A DNA stretch of 64,000 nt from the human T2T-CHM13v2.0 reference genome, Homo sapiens, in contig CP068257.2 in assembly GCA_009914755.4 (NCBI GenBank), forward strand, positions 39,936,001 through 40,000,000, written 5' to 3'. This document shows positions 14,873-29,699 of this stretch, one piece after another. The first letter of the stretch is position 1, and each line of letters starts with the position of its first letter. Position numbers and translations under genes: made by a program. Below the pieces are notes generated by a model. The model worked only from the letters and a program-made list of their open reading frames with translations. It did no database searches and was not told the DNA's origin.

Positions 14873-17250
14873 CCTCACAGATTAAGAGCACCATTGGATT
14901 GGTCTGCTCAGGCCAAGATCACAGTCAGAGGAGAGAAAGAAGCATGACCCATGATAGCATCACCGTCAACCATGAGGCATCATCACTGCCCCCAAAATAA
15001 CACAGACAAGGGAGGGCCAGGGACTCAGCTTTGGGGTCACCACCATGGGGGCCAGAATGAGCCTTCATCACCCGGGTTTGCAAGGTGTGGGCCAGAGGAG
15101 CACTAGCAGGCAAAGGCTGCAGTAGGACCGCCCAGGGAGCAGTGGCTTGAGCCGCCCAGACACAGAGACACGTGGCAGGCAGCATGTTGAATTTTAACCA
15201 GAATTTAATGTAGGCAGTTTTAACTTTTGCCTTAAAAGTAAGAAAATAAACTAAAAAAAAAATGAAAACAAAACAAACTACCACTCTACAGAATAGGAGA
15301 AGCGCCACACGGGCCTTCGGGCTCCACAAATGTGGCCTGGCCCGGCTCCTCCAGCCTCCCGGAGGGGGACAGCTGGCAGGCAGATCCTGGCCTGGAAGGT
15401 TCTGGAGGCAGCTCTCCTAAAGGAGTCATCTGTTCTGCCATTGAGTGGCCGTGTAATGCTCCCCAGCCCTGCGGTCACCCGGGGAAATCCCCTAGCAGGG
15501 AGCTGCGGCTGCTGTTCCCCTTCGGCCTGGAAGTTTGTCCAGGTTGGGGCAGCAATGGGGTGAATGGCCTGGAACCTGAATGTCCGAGGGCCTCGCCCAG
15601 CTGTACTTCCTCCTCTCACGTGGCCTCTCTGAGGAGTGAATTATGAAGTCATCCTCACTGCGGCCCCTCCACCACTCCAGCTCCTAAAGGGCTGGCTTGG
15701 TCAAGCTGCCTCGGAGGGTCACCAGCCTTGGGATACGACACCTGCAGGCGGTGGGCGCTGCCCTGGAGCCACGCCATTCCATCTGCTCCGACTCTGTCTC
15801 ACACTGTCTCCTTCCTCCCCTTCCTGGCCAAACTTCTCAAAATAGCATCTGCTGCTTAAAGCTTCTCACCACCTCCTCATCTGTAGTGCCCTGTAGCCTG
15901 GAGTCCACCTAGAACTCTACAACCAGTGCTCTAAGAAGGCCCATGCCCTCCCGTTTTCACCCACTGGCCCTGGTGTTGTTCTCACCCTCAGATTTTGGCA
16001 ACACATGCCCCTTCTTCAGATGGGCACCTTCTTTTGCCTTCTCTCCCACCGGGACACTCATTCCCCCTCCATGCCCCCAAGTACACACACCTGAGAAGTT
16101 TCCAGTTCTTTGCTCCGCATCTCTTCCCCTTTGGCACTCTGCGTGCTGCTGTCTGCCCCTTCTGAGGTGTCCAGATGAGCGATGCTCCATCTACCCTCTC
16201 TCCTAAGCTCCATCCAACAGCCTTGGGACCAGGAAGTTGGTCCTGCTGGGTCATTTGCAGAGTTGCTGGGGCACCTCAGAGAGAAACAAGATGGCGCAGG
16301 GGGCCATCAGCAGTGCACAGCCAAGTCTTCAGGTGACAGTGCTGAACAGGGGTCTCAGGGGAGCTGGAAGAAAAGTCTGTCCTTTAGGCCACTTGGCACA
16401 GCTCCAACCAGAGGTGACCCGCCTCCCACCTCCTGTTCTTCATCCTCCCCTTTGCTTCTTGACCTGCCTGAAGAAGACCCCTGGGTCTGGACAGCTGGGC
16501 CTCTGGCTGCCCCAGCAGGAAGCTCGTGGTCCTGGAGTCCTGGGAGTCCAGGCTGGAAGATGTTTACCCTCCAGTTGTCAAGCACCCTGGGTGTGTCCAG
16601 ATGGTGGAGGAGGAACTGGCTCTTGAAAGAAGATGTCCTTCCCATCTCTTCCCTCCCCAGCAATTTCTACTGAGTTCTAGGTGGACACCAGATGGCAAGA
16701 GGCAGAGTGCAGGGGGACGGTGAGAAGCTGCAGGTAGCGGATGTGATTTCGAGAAGTTTGACGGAAATGTAGGAAGGAGACCCTACGAGGACTGGAGGGA
16801 CCCATGAGTATGAGAAGGGGGCACGGAGAGATTGAAGGGGACGGGTCCTGAAAGAGCCCGGAGGACAGAGAGTCCGGCAAGTCCCAGGCGCTGCCCTCAC
16901 AATCCGATTGAGAGCCATGGAGGGGCTGCGGCAGCGGCTCAGGGTTGTGTTTAAAATTAGCTGGCAGAGTTCACTGCTGGGCATTGGGATGTCCTGCAAA
17001 TGGCTCAACACGCAGGACGCAGAGGCTTTTTCACAGAATTGTTTGGAGCCATGTGCCTCTCTCTCTCCTGAAATGAAAGATTTGGGAAAGGTGACAATGC
17101 TGAATTTTCTTCTTCCTCTCTAGATATTCTTTCTGCTACATTTGATGGAGCTTCCAGGAAAAAGTAGATAGTAACTAAAACTCTCTTTGATTTCAGACTT
17201 GATACATATTTTCAGCTTGAGAATCCTTATTTCTCTGTTTAGTAAAAGGT

Positions 17251-17732
<482 letters not shown>

Positions 17733-17780
17733 TCATCTCTCTGAGTCTCAGTTTCTTCCTGAACACCGTTAATCATTTCA

Positions 17781-18080
17781 GGCCTGGCATGGTGGCTCAT
17801 GCCTGTATTCCCAGCACTTTGGGAGGCCGTGGCAGAAAGATCACTTGAGCCCAGAAGTTCAAGACCAGTCTGGGCAATATGGTGAAACCCCAACTCTACA
17901 AAAATATACAAAAAAGTTAGCTGGGCATGGTGGTGCATCAGTAGTCCCAGCTACTCAGGAGGCTGAGGTGGGAGAATCGCCTGAGCCAGGGGAGGTCGAG
18001 GCTGCAGTGAGCCTTGATCCCACCACTGCACTCCAGCCTGGGCGACAGAGTGAGACCCTCTCTCAAAATAATAATAACAA
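17781..18080 (+). mobile_element. Alu SINE, full length, sense
   Basis: ggcctggcatggtggctcatgcctgtattcccagcactttgggaggccgtggcag ... ctgggcgacagagtgagaccctctctcaaaataataataa. Confidence 0.9.
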
Positions 18081-18907
18081 TTAATTGTTCCAACAGTGCA
18101 GGAAATGCCTAGAATCGCACTCGCCCCACATGTTAACACCTTCCTGCATTCCCGCTGCATTTAGCAGACGGTTCAGTTTCTGTGGTGACCAGTGAGGCTT
18201 GTGAGTCACTTGTTCCGGAAAACTAGAGCAAAACGTTGCTCTCATATGCCTGGTTGTTTCCTTGTTGCTAAATCTTTTTTTTTTGTTTGTTTTTCGTTTT
18301 TTTTTACAGCTTTCTTCTCAACCGACATCTGGAAGCCATTCAGTGCTGCATACACTTCCTGCAGGCTGCCCCTCTGTTCTCTCGCCCTTCTCATCTCACG
18401 TGATTGATCACCTGACAAGCTACCTGGATTTCCTAGTGCCCCAGAGTTGCCCTCAATCAACACACAACACGTTCCCATGTGGAATCTTCACCAAGTGTTC
18501 ATTTCTTCCATTACAGGAAATAGTATTCTCTCCCTGTCCCCAAAACTTTGCAGTAAAGACCCCTGACAATCTAGTTCAAATGTCAGTCATGACACTGCTA
18601 GCTTTCTTTTTACAAGACTGTGTGAGTCCCCCTGCAAAAAAGTCAAACTGAATTTTATCACATGATATCTACTATAGTCCTTCAAGCAATTGTCACTGCA
18701 TCTTTTCAGTTATGGTTACCAAAGGTTGTGTTTAAAATTAGCTCGCAGAATTTACTGCTGGGTGTGGGGATGGCCTACAAATGACCCAAATGACCAAGAT
18801 TCAGTGTTGTTCAAATTGTGTATGTTCTGGAAAGGAGTCACTTTGTCTACTTGAACTTTAGAAGTTATTTACTAATGTTGCAGTGTGATACAATTGATCG
18901 TAATCTA

Positions 18908-19209
18908 GGCTGGGCACCGTGGCTCACGCCTGTAATCCCAGCACTTTGCGAGGCCGACATGGGAGGATTGCCTGAGCTCAAGAGTTTGAGATCACCCTGG
19001 GAAACGTGGGGAAACACCGTCTCTACTAAAATACAAGAAAAAAAAAAATAGCTGGGTGTGGTGGTGCTTGCCTGTAGACCCAGCTCCTCTGGAGGCTGAG
19101 GCATGAGAATCACTTGAGCCCGGGAGCCGAGATCGTGCCACTGCACTTCAGCTTAGGCTACAGGGTCTCAGACTCCAACTCAAAAAACAAACAAACAAAC
19201 AAAAAAAAC
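18908..19209 (+). mobile_element. Alu SINE, full length, sense
   Basis: ggctgggcaccgtggctcacgcctgtaatcccagcactttgcgaggccgacatgggagg ... (caaa)n aaaaaaaa. Confidence 0.9.
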
Positions 19210-19769
<560 letters not shown>

Positions 19770-20557
19770 TCAACTCTGGCCTCAAAGCTCTCCTTCCTTG
19801 ATGAGGTTTTCCCTGACCTCTCTGATGAGCTCACATCCCAGAGTTCATGCTTTTATAGCACCGCACATCCCTACAGTTGCTCTGGGGGATGAGCTGATGT
19901 CTGCCTGGTACCTCTAGGAGCCTGTCTCAGTGCCTGCTCTGTCCACCTGCTCCAGCCCAGGTGAGCCAGGCGTGGGCTGTGCCAAGTGAAGGCCTTGCCA
20001 TCCTCAGCACTTTGCAAGTTTATCACAGTGAGTTTACATAACTAGCCTGCAGAGGAGGCACCACCGCCAGCTCATTTTATGGGATGAGGAAATTGAGGCT
20101 TAAGGAGATTAAATATATTGTCCAAAGGCCAACAGATGATGAAGGATAGGTTTATCATCAAGCTAAATATTTTTCAATATTTCCTTAAATCAGATCTGGC
20201 TTCGACTGAGTTATCCAGACAATTGTCCCAGACTTGGCTTCCCTAGGGGCACCTCGAACCCTAATTTGTAATCCAGAGGGCAAAGGGGCCACAGAGTCTT
20301 TCAAGGTGGCTCCTGGAGATGAGGAGCCCAAGAGCTGACTTCCTGTTTCCTCCTCAGTCACCTGGGTGGGATTGGTTGGGGGAGTTGGAGAACAGCAATC
20401 AGGTCCCCCCCACCACCAGGAAGCCTTGCAGAGGGTAGGGCAATGGGGGACCCCGTCCCACTCAGAGGGAAAGCATGGTCTGCGTCCTGCCACAGGAAGG
20501 CAGCAGCTGAAGGCCAGGAAAGGGGAGGGAGTTTCCTTTGCTTCTCCAGCAAAACAG

Positions 20558-20770
20558 AATGGATGGATGGATGGATGGGTGGGTGGATGGATGAATGGAT
20601 GGATGGATGGATGGATGGATGGATGGATGGATGGATGGATGGGTGGGTAGATGGATGGATGGGTGGATGGGTGGATGGATGGATGGATGGATGGATGGAT
20701 GGATGGATGGATGGGTGGGTGGGTGGATGGAAGGATGGATGGATGGATGGGTGAATGGATGGATGGATTC
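20558..20770. repeat. (GGAT)n microsatellite, ~53 units with GGGT/GAAT variants
   Basis: gaatggatggatggatggatgggtgggtggatgg... The 207/103/94/77-aa ORFs ([10 protein letters not shown].. and MDGWMDGW..) are its six-frame translations. Confidence 0.95.
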
Positions 20771-22758
20771 CATCTATTCTTGTAAGGATTGTAAGCCTTG
20801 CCAGTCATGGCTTGGATGCCACTTTTAGAGACTAGTTTCCATCTTCACTGGGGCTGTCTCATGAGTTACTACAATCCTTGTCAGTCTTTCATGCTTGAGT
20901 GACAGTGAGTGTCAGCTCACCCCTGTCCTGAAAGCTAAGACTTTCACATAGAAAGAAGGGTCCCTAGCGACTGAGGGTTTAAAGTGCCAGGAGGAAGTGG
21001 AAGGGCCCTGCAGACAATCTGTGTCCAGGGTCCAAACTTTTCTCTGTCAGCCCTGCCCCATTTGCAAGCCCCAGAGCAGCAACCTGGAAGAGCAGAGCCA
21101 TAAAGAGCGGGGCTCCTAGAAGGGAGCGAGCCTGGCTTCAGGATCAACTTTTCTGCTGGGGCAGATGGCGGCATGCAACCGAGGTCCTAGGGCACGGATG
21201 TAAGCATGTATGAGAGGTCCTCCTGGGGACCTGGAGGGGCTTCGTGAGTGTCTGGGATCTGCCCTCCTCTGAGGTCTCTTCCTGGAGGGAGAATAACACA
21301 CCTGCACTTTGTCACCCAAGGCCAGTCCGCTTCCGTCACCCTTGCCCCCAAGTCCCGCTTCCTCATGACGGAGTACCAAAAGCATGGGCCACTCGTGCCT
21401 TCAGCAATTGTTTATGTGCCAGGCACTGTCTGGGCAGCAGGATGTCGCTGCGAGCCCTCTCCCAACACCTGCCGCGCATGTACTGTGCCCGCGACTTCGC
21501 CGCGGCTCAGTGGGTGGGTCCAGTCCTTCCAGCCCTCGCCATCCTCCCCACCACAGATTCTGCCTCCTGGCACCTTTGCCTTGCCCAGCAGGCTGTGAGG
21601 CTTCGCATAGACGCTGCCACCCACCCGCATCCTCCTAATGTGACTGTAGATTGCCTCAAGCAAAGCTTTAAGAGCACACATCCACATTCGTTCTTGGACC
21701 TAATCTTTGCTCAATTGGTCTGGATTTGGGATATGAACTCTTTGGTTTTGAACACCCTGGGACCACAAGCCAGTTGTAAATGCTCATGACAGCCAGAAAG
21801 GCCTGGAACAGGAGGAACATAAAAAACAAGAAGGAGAGCAGAGGGTGGGCTGTCCCAGAGGAAGAGAAGTGACAGGAGGCTGGCACCTCCTCCAGACGAG
21901 GGCTGGACAGGGTGCTGCACAGATTGTCCAGGTATGGAGCAGAACCAAAACCTAACAAAGGCCAGGAGGGACCAGAGCCGTTTGGGAAAAGTGGAAGCAG
22001 TTTGGCGTCGCTGGTATTTTCTGGGTGTCTCGAGATGAGATGCAAGCTGATATTATATTAGACGCATTTGAATTGTAGCTTAGAGTGTCAGACTATTTTA
22101 CAATGCTTTAAAATTCTAGCTTTGTTTCACAACGTTCCTATAAAGCAGACAGGGAGCACTGTTTTCATTTTATGGACTGAGCCAAGCACACGGCCGACTC
22201 GCTCCCGGTCAGGTAGAGTTAGAGAATGAGCAGAGATGCAAACTCTGCAGCTGCTGCTTCCCAGTGTTGGCAAAGTCCACAGGATGGGTCCTTCCAGGCT
22301 GGGGCCTTGGGCTTGTCACCGCCTCCTTTCCAGACCCCACCCTCGGGCCCCCTAGGATGCAAGGGGGAATGAGCAGAGGGGCCCAAGGAAATGGGGGACC
22401 CAGCTAAACAAGAGGAGCTGACAGAGCTGCTGGGAGTGGGAAAGGAAAAATCTCAGCCTTTGCCCAGGAAGCATCCGAGGCACCCAGACTGCAGGACATC
22501 TTCCAGTCACTCTCAATGGCCACCCACCCCTCAGGTGCACCCCCTGCCACTCATATGAAGCTGGAACACACAGATATCCATATCCAAAAAAATGAGCCTC
22601 CCCTCCCTTATACCAGATACAAAATTTAATTCAAGTGAATTATTGACTTAAACGTAATAATGAAAACTATAAACTCCTACATTTGGGCAGGCAAAGATTT
22701 TTTAGGCAGCACACAGAAAGCACCAGATTCTATCAAATAAAAATTATTAAGAAAATTA

Positions 22759-23048
22759 GGCTGGGTGTGGTGGCTCATGTCTGTAATCCCAGCACTTTGG
22801 GAAGCCAAGGCAGGAAGATTGCTTGAAGCCAGGAGTTTGAGACCCGCCTGGGCAAGATGGCAAGATCCTGTCTCTACAAAAAAATTTTTTCATTAGCCAG
22901 GCACTCCTGTAGTCTCCGTTACTTGGGAGACTGAGTCAGGAGGATCACTTGAGCTCAGGAGTTTGAGGCTGCATTGAGCTGTGATCACGCCACTGTACTC
23001 TAGCCTGGGCAACAGAGAGAGATCCTGCCTCTAAAAAAAAGAAGAAAG
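22759..23048 (+). mobile_element. Alu SINE, full length, sense (more diverged)
   Basis: ggctgggtgtggtggctcatgtctgtaatcccagcactttgggaagccaaggcaggaag ... tagcctgggcaacagagagagatcctgcctctaaaaaaaa. Confidence 0.88.
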
Positions 23049-23050
23049 CA

Positions 23051-23524
<474 letters not shown>

Positions 23525-23599
23525 CTATGGGCCACAGGCCGATATTCCACATAAGAAGATACACAAATGGTCAATATGTGAAAAAATGGCCTTGGAAGA

Positions 23600-23957
<358 letters not shown>

Positions 23958-24009
23958 TAAAATAACCACGCTGTTCACCTCACAGTCTTTAAAAATTGTG
24001 GTAATAAAC

Positions 24010-25090
24010 ACACAACATAAAATGTACGATCTTAATCATTTTTAGACCCACAGTTTAATAGTGTTAACTCTATTCACATCGTTGTGCTCTCTAGAACTTT
24101 TTCATTTTGCAGAACTGAAACCACATTATACATGGACTCCTCATTCCCCCTCTCCCCGGCGCTGACACCCACCATATTCTACTTTCTGTTTCTGTGGGTT
24201 TGGCTACTTTAGACTCCTCGTAGAAGTAGAATCATAATAGTATTTGTCCTCCTGTGACTGGGTTATTTCACTTAGCATCATGCACTCAAGGTTCGTCCGT
24301 GCTGTCACATGGGACAGGATTTCCTTCTTTTTTTAAGACCGATTAACATTCTCTTGCATGTGTATGTCACATTTTGTCTATTTATTTATCAGTCCATAGA
24401 CACCTGGGTTGCTTCCACATCTTACTATTGTGAGTAATGATGTGATGAACACAGATGTGCAAATATCTCTTCAAGACCCTGATTTCAATTCTTCTGGGTC
24501 CCAGAAGTAGGATTGCTGGATCATATGGTAACTCTATTTTTAAGTTTTGAAGGAACCTCCATACTCTTTTTCACAGTAGCTGGACCATTTTACATTCGCA
24601 AGAGTGCACAAGGGTTCTAATTTCTCCACATCCTCACCAACATTCATTATTTTCTATTATCGTTGTTTTGGTAGTAGCCATCCCAATGGGTGTGAGGTAA
24701 TATCTCATTGTGGTTTTGATTTGCATTTCACTTGAGAAGCGATGTTAAGTATATTTTCATATGCTTCTTGGCCATTTGTATATGTTCTTTGAAGAAATGT
24801 CTATTCAAGTGCTTTGCTCATTTTTAAATCAGGTTATTTGGGGCTTTTTGTTGTGGCTGAGTTGTAGCAATTCTTTATATATTCTGTATATTACCCACTT
24901 GTTGCATATGTGATTTGCAAATATTTTCTCCCATTGCATAGGTTACCTTTTCATTCTGTTGATTTTACCTCATAAGATTTTTTAAATGGCTGTATTGAGG
25001 TATTGTCAGCTTACAATAAACTGTGCACATTAGAAGCACACAGTTTTGTAAGTTTTGACACAGGCATGTTTTGATATAAAGGTTCTTTTG
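24010..25090 (-). mobile_element. Old LINE-1 (L1MA/L1PB-like) 3' end, antisense
   Basis: Antisense of the old-L1 3' terminal consensus: ttttagacccacagtttaatag..ctttttcattttgcagaactgaaac..ttatttcacttagcatcatgcactcaaggttcgtcc..ctgggttgcttccaca..tggaccattttacattcgcaagagtgcacaagggttctaatttctccacatcctcaccaacatt..gatttgcaaatattttctcccattgcataggtt. Confidence 0.75.
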
Positions 25091-26277
25091 ATGGCAGGAT
25101 GCAACCCAGTGCAACTCAGATAGATGAAAGCAGCAGTCTTTGCTACTTCCAAATGAGAGAAAGCTGTTAGGCAGGGCCACATAGAGAGTTGCCTGGGGAC
25201 AGGGTAACAGCAAGCTGGAGCTGTGGGGGCAGTTTCTGTATTACCAGCAAGGTGGGAGTAGATGGTGTTGAAAGAAAACCTTCAGACAAATTAAACTTAG
25301 CAGAGTTATATAAGCAAAGAACAATTCATGAATTGGGCAGCACTCAGATCCAGAAGGGGTTCAGGGAACTCTGCCCAGCAGTGTGAGCAGCAAGATTCTA
25401 CAGGCTGAGCTTTTATAGGCTGAACATGGAAGCAAAGTAGGGAAATCACCTGATTGGCTACAGCTAGGCATCTGCCTTATGTGGGCATGGTGTCAGGAGT
25501 TGGCTGCCTATGATTGGCTGAGCCTCAGCTGTGGTACTCCTAAGTTAGGTTTCAATTTGTTTACATAGTAAGTTAGGTTGCAATACATTATGCAAGAACT
25601 GTAAGTACAGAAACAGCTTCAGGTAGTGGTCTCCTACTTATTTAATTTCACACTAGGTTTTGGGTATTCCTTGTGGATTGGCTAATTTGAACAGTTCTGC
25701 AGACTCTAAGGCACAGGGGCTCTCCCTAGTTGTCTGGTACCTGGCTCTGGGGTGATTAGGACAGGTATATAGCAGCCCCTGAATGTGATTGTGTAATCAG
25801 CTGCTTACGAAGGGGAACTGACTGGCCTCTGGCCAGGGCCTCAAAACTGGGGCAAGACAGCACTTTTACAAATATAAACATATATGTTATATGAAATATA
25901 TATCAATGTATTCATGTGTAAAACTCTCACTATAGTCAAGATAACGAGCATATCCACACCCCCAGAAGTTCCTTGTGCCCCTTTGCCATGGCCCCCTGTC
26001 TGCTCACACCTTCTCATCCCTCATCCACTTCCTGTCACTGCAGGTGAGTTTGCATTCCCTATCATCTTGTACAAATGAAACCAGACAGTAGGTGCTCTCT
26101 TTCTGCCTGGCTCCTTTCACTCACCATAATGACTTTGAGACTTGTGCATGTCATCTCCTGCATCAGGCATTCTTTTTTTTTTTTTCATTTCTGAGTAGAT
26201 TTCACTGAATGGAGATACCACATTTTTTTATCCACTTGTTTAAGAACATTGTAGTTTGCCTACAAGAGTTTGCATGA

Positions 26278-26608
<331 letters not shown>

Positions 26609-26852
26609 TCATTTCTCTTGGATAGATACCCGGGAGTGGCATGGCTGGATCATATGGTTAGTGTATGTTTATTTTTATATGGTACAGACTCTAGATATGA
26701 AGTATGTTTTCATTTTAAAGTTATTATACAGCAACATCGAATTTGGAGGGTGAATATTAACAGCTATATAGATTCATGTAACTGCCACCCCATTCAGGAT
26801 ATAGAACATTCCTATCACTCCAAAACTCCCTCATTCTACCCCCTGATAGTCA

Positions 26853-27179
<327 letters not shown>

Positions 27180-27425
27180 TCACTAATCCTCTGATATTAA
27201 ACCTGGTTGTTGAGTGCACCAATAGTTTGTTCCTTTTTATTGCTGGGTAGTATTTCACGGTATGAATGGACCACAGATTGTTTATCTATCACCTGTTGGA
27301 GGACATTTGGGTTGGTTCCAGTTTTTAGCAATTGTGAATAGGGCTGCTATAATAAACTTTCATTTCAGGCTTTTGTGTGAACAGAAGTTTTTAGGTTTAT
27401 GAAGTAAATTTCAGGAGTGAGGTTG
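27180..27425 (-). mobile_element. Old LINE-1 3'-end fragment, antisense (partial second copy)
   Basis: gtatgaatggaccacagattgtttatctatcacctgttggaggacatttgggttggttccagtttttagcaattgtgaatagggctgctataataaac ... ggagtgaggttgctggatcatataggatgtgtgtttaac matches the antisense old-L1 3' end. Confidence 0.65.
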
Positions 27426-27429
27426 CTGG

Positions 27430-28117
27430 ATCATATAGGATGTGTGTTTAACTTTTTTTTAATAGACTTTATTTTTTGGAACAGATTTAGGTTGACAGCA
27501 AAATTGAGCAGAAAGTACACAGATTTCCTATATGGTCCCTCCCCCTCTCCTCCCCGACATGCACGGCCTCCCCACTATCGATGTTCTGTGGCAGAGCACA
27601 CATTGTTACCATCTATGGCCTACATTTATACGTCATAATCATCCAAAGTCCATAGTTTAGGGTTCACACTTGCTATTTGTATTTTATGAGTTTTGACAAA
27701 TGGATCATGACATGTCCACCCTGATACCTTTATACAGAATTGTTTCACTGCCCTAAAACTCCTCTGTGCTTCACTGATTCATCCCTCCCTCCCCACTAAC
27801 TCTTGGCAACCACTGAGATTTTTACTGTCTCTGTAGTTTTGCCTTTCCCAGAACATCATGTAGTTGGAATCATACAGTATACAGCCTTTCAGACTGCCTT
27901 CTTTCACTGAGTAATAGGCATTTAAGTTTCTTCCGTGTCTTTTTATGGCTTGATAGCTCATTTCTTTTTAGTGGTGAATAATATTTCATTGTATGGATGT
28001 ACCACAGTTTATTTATTCATTTACCACTGAAGGGCATCCTAATTGCTTTCAAGTTTTCGTAATTAGGAATGAAGCTGCTATAAATGTCTGCATGCAGGGT
28101 TTTGTGTGATCATAATT
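27430..28117 (-). mobile_element. Old LINE-1 (L1MA/L1MB-like) 3' end, antisense, starting from its poly-T
   Basis: tttttttttaatagactttattttttggaacagatttaggttgacagcaaaattgagcagaaagtacacagatttcctatatggtccctccccc ... tttcactgccctaaaactcctctgtg ... ggcaaccactgagatttttactgtctctgtagttttgcc ... ttcactgagtaataggcat. Confidence 0.8.
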
Positions 28118-28403
<286 letters not shown>

Positions 28404-28735
28404 GATCATAAATTTTTAGCTCATGCAGGTAAATACCATGATTGTTGGATTGTATGGTAAGAGTATGTTTAGTTTTACAAGAAATTGCCAATTTTTTTTT
28501 CCAAATTGGTTGTAGCATTTTGCATCCCACCAGCAATTGATGAGAGTCCTCACCAGTGTTTGCTGGTGTTGGCGTTTCAAATTTTGGGTACTTGAATACT
28601 TTTGTAATAATATCTCATTTTGTCATAATGTTTGACTTTTTAAGGAACTGTGAAACTGTCTTCCAGAGTGGCTGTACCATAAGCAATGCCTGAGAGCTGC
28701 AGTGGCTCCACATCCTTGCCAACATTTTGTGTGGC
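28404..28735 (-). mobile_element. Old LINE-1 continuation (antisense) beyond the Alu insertion, with an internally duplicated ~100-bp stretch
   Basis: gaaattgccaattttttttccaaattggttgtagcattttgcatcccaccagcaattgatgag and again ggaactgtgaaactgtcttccagagtggctgtaccat ... ctccacatccttgccaacattttgtg both correspond to antisense ..gaggaactgccaaactgttttccaaagcggctgcaccattttacattcccaccagcaatg..tctccacatcctcgccaacact. Confidence 0.6.
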
Positions 28736-28739
28736 TACT

Positions 28740-29310
28740 CTTTTTAAATTTTAGTAACAAAGTTTCTGTCCATTTGACCCAGCAATCCCATTACTGGGTA
28801 TATACTCAAAAGAATATAAATCATTCTACCATAAACATACATGCACATGTATATCCATTGCAACACTATTCACAATAGCAAAGACATGGAATCAACCTAA
28901 ATGTCCATCAATGATAGAGTGGATAAAGAAACTGTGGTACATATGCACCAGGCAATACTATGCAGCCATAAAAAAAGAGCAAGATTGTATCCTTTGCAGG
29001 AACATGGATGGAGGCCATTATCCTTAACCAATTAATGCAGGAACAGAAGGCCAAATGCTTCCCATTCTCACTTATAAGTGGGAGTTAAATGATGAAAACA
29101 TGGGGACACATACAGGGGAATAACAGACATTGGGACCTACCTGAGGGTGGAGGGTGGGAGAAGGTTAGATTAGAAAGAATAGCTATTGAGTACTAAGCTT
29201 TTGTACCTGGGTGACTAAATAATCTGTACAATAAACCCTGTGCCATGAGTTACCTATATAAAAAACCTGCACATGTACCTCTGAACCTAAAATTAAAGTT
29301 AAAAAAAAAA
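28740..29310 (+). mobile_element. LINE-1 (L1PA-old/L1PB-like) 3' end in sense orientation with a poly-A
   Basis: ccatttgacccagcaatcccattactgggtatatactcaaaagaatataaatcattctaccataaacatacatgcacatgtatatccattgcaacactattcacaatagcaaagacatggaatcaacctaaatgtccatc ... cttataagtgggagttaaatgatgaaaacatggggacac ... cctctgaacctaaaattaaagttaaaaaaaaaa. Confidence 0.85.
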
Positions 29311-29699
29311 AGAAACACAGGTTCTTATCAGCTTTTTAATGCTTACATAATAAATAGAGCACAGGCATGTTTCACTGAGTCCTCTGCTTGGGTCTCAGCC
29401 AAGCTCTAATCCAGGTGTCTGGCTGGCTAAGTTTGCATTGAGCTTTAACCAGAGAAAAGATCCACTTCCAAGCTCACTCATCTTATGGGCAAGATTCAGT
29501 TCTTTGCAGTTGTTGGACTGAAGGCTTCAATTTCCTGTTGTTCAGAGACCACCTCAGCTCCTAGAGGTGCCCTTAGTTCCTGCCACGTGGGTTATCCAAC
29601 ATGACCACGTGCCTTCTCAAAACCAGCAAAGCAGAGAGAGAGAGAGTCCAACAAAACTGATGTTAAATTTTACATTATTGTAATCATGGACATCTGGCC

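Noticed and set aside
20185-20828. 207-aa minus-strand ORF ([10 protein letters not shown]...) and overlapping 94-103-aa MDGWMDGW ORFs
   Set aside because: They are six-frame translations of the (GGAT)n microsatellite.
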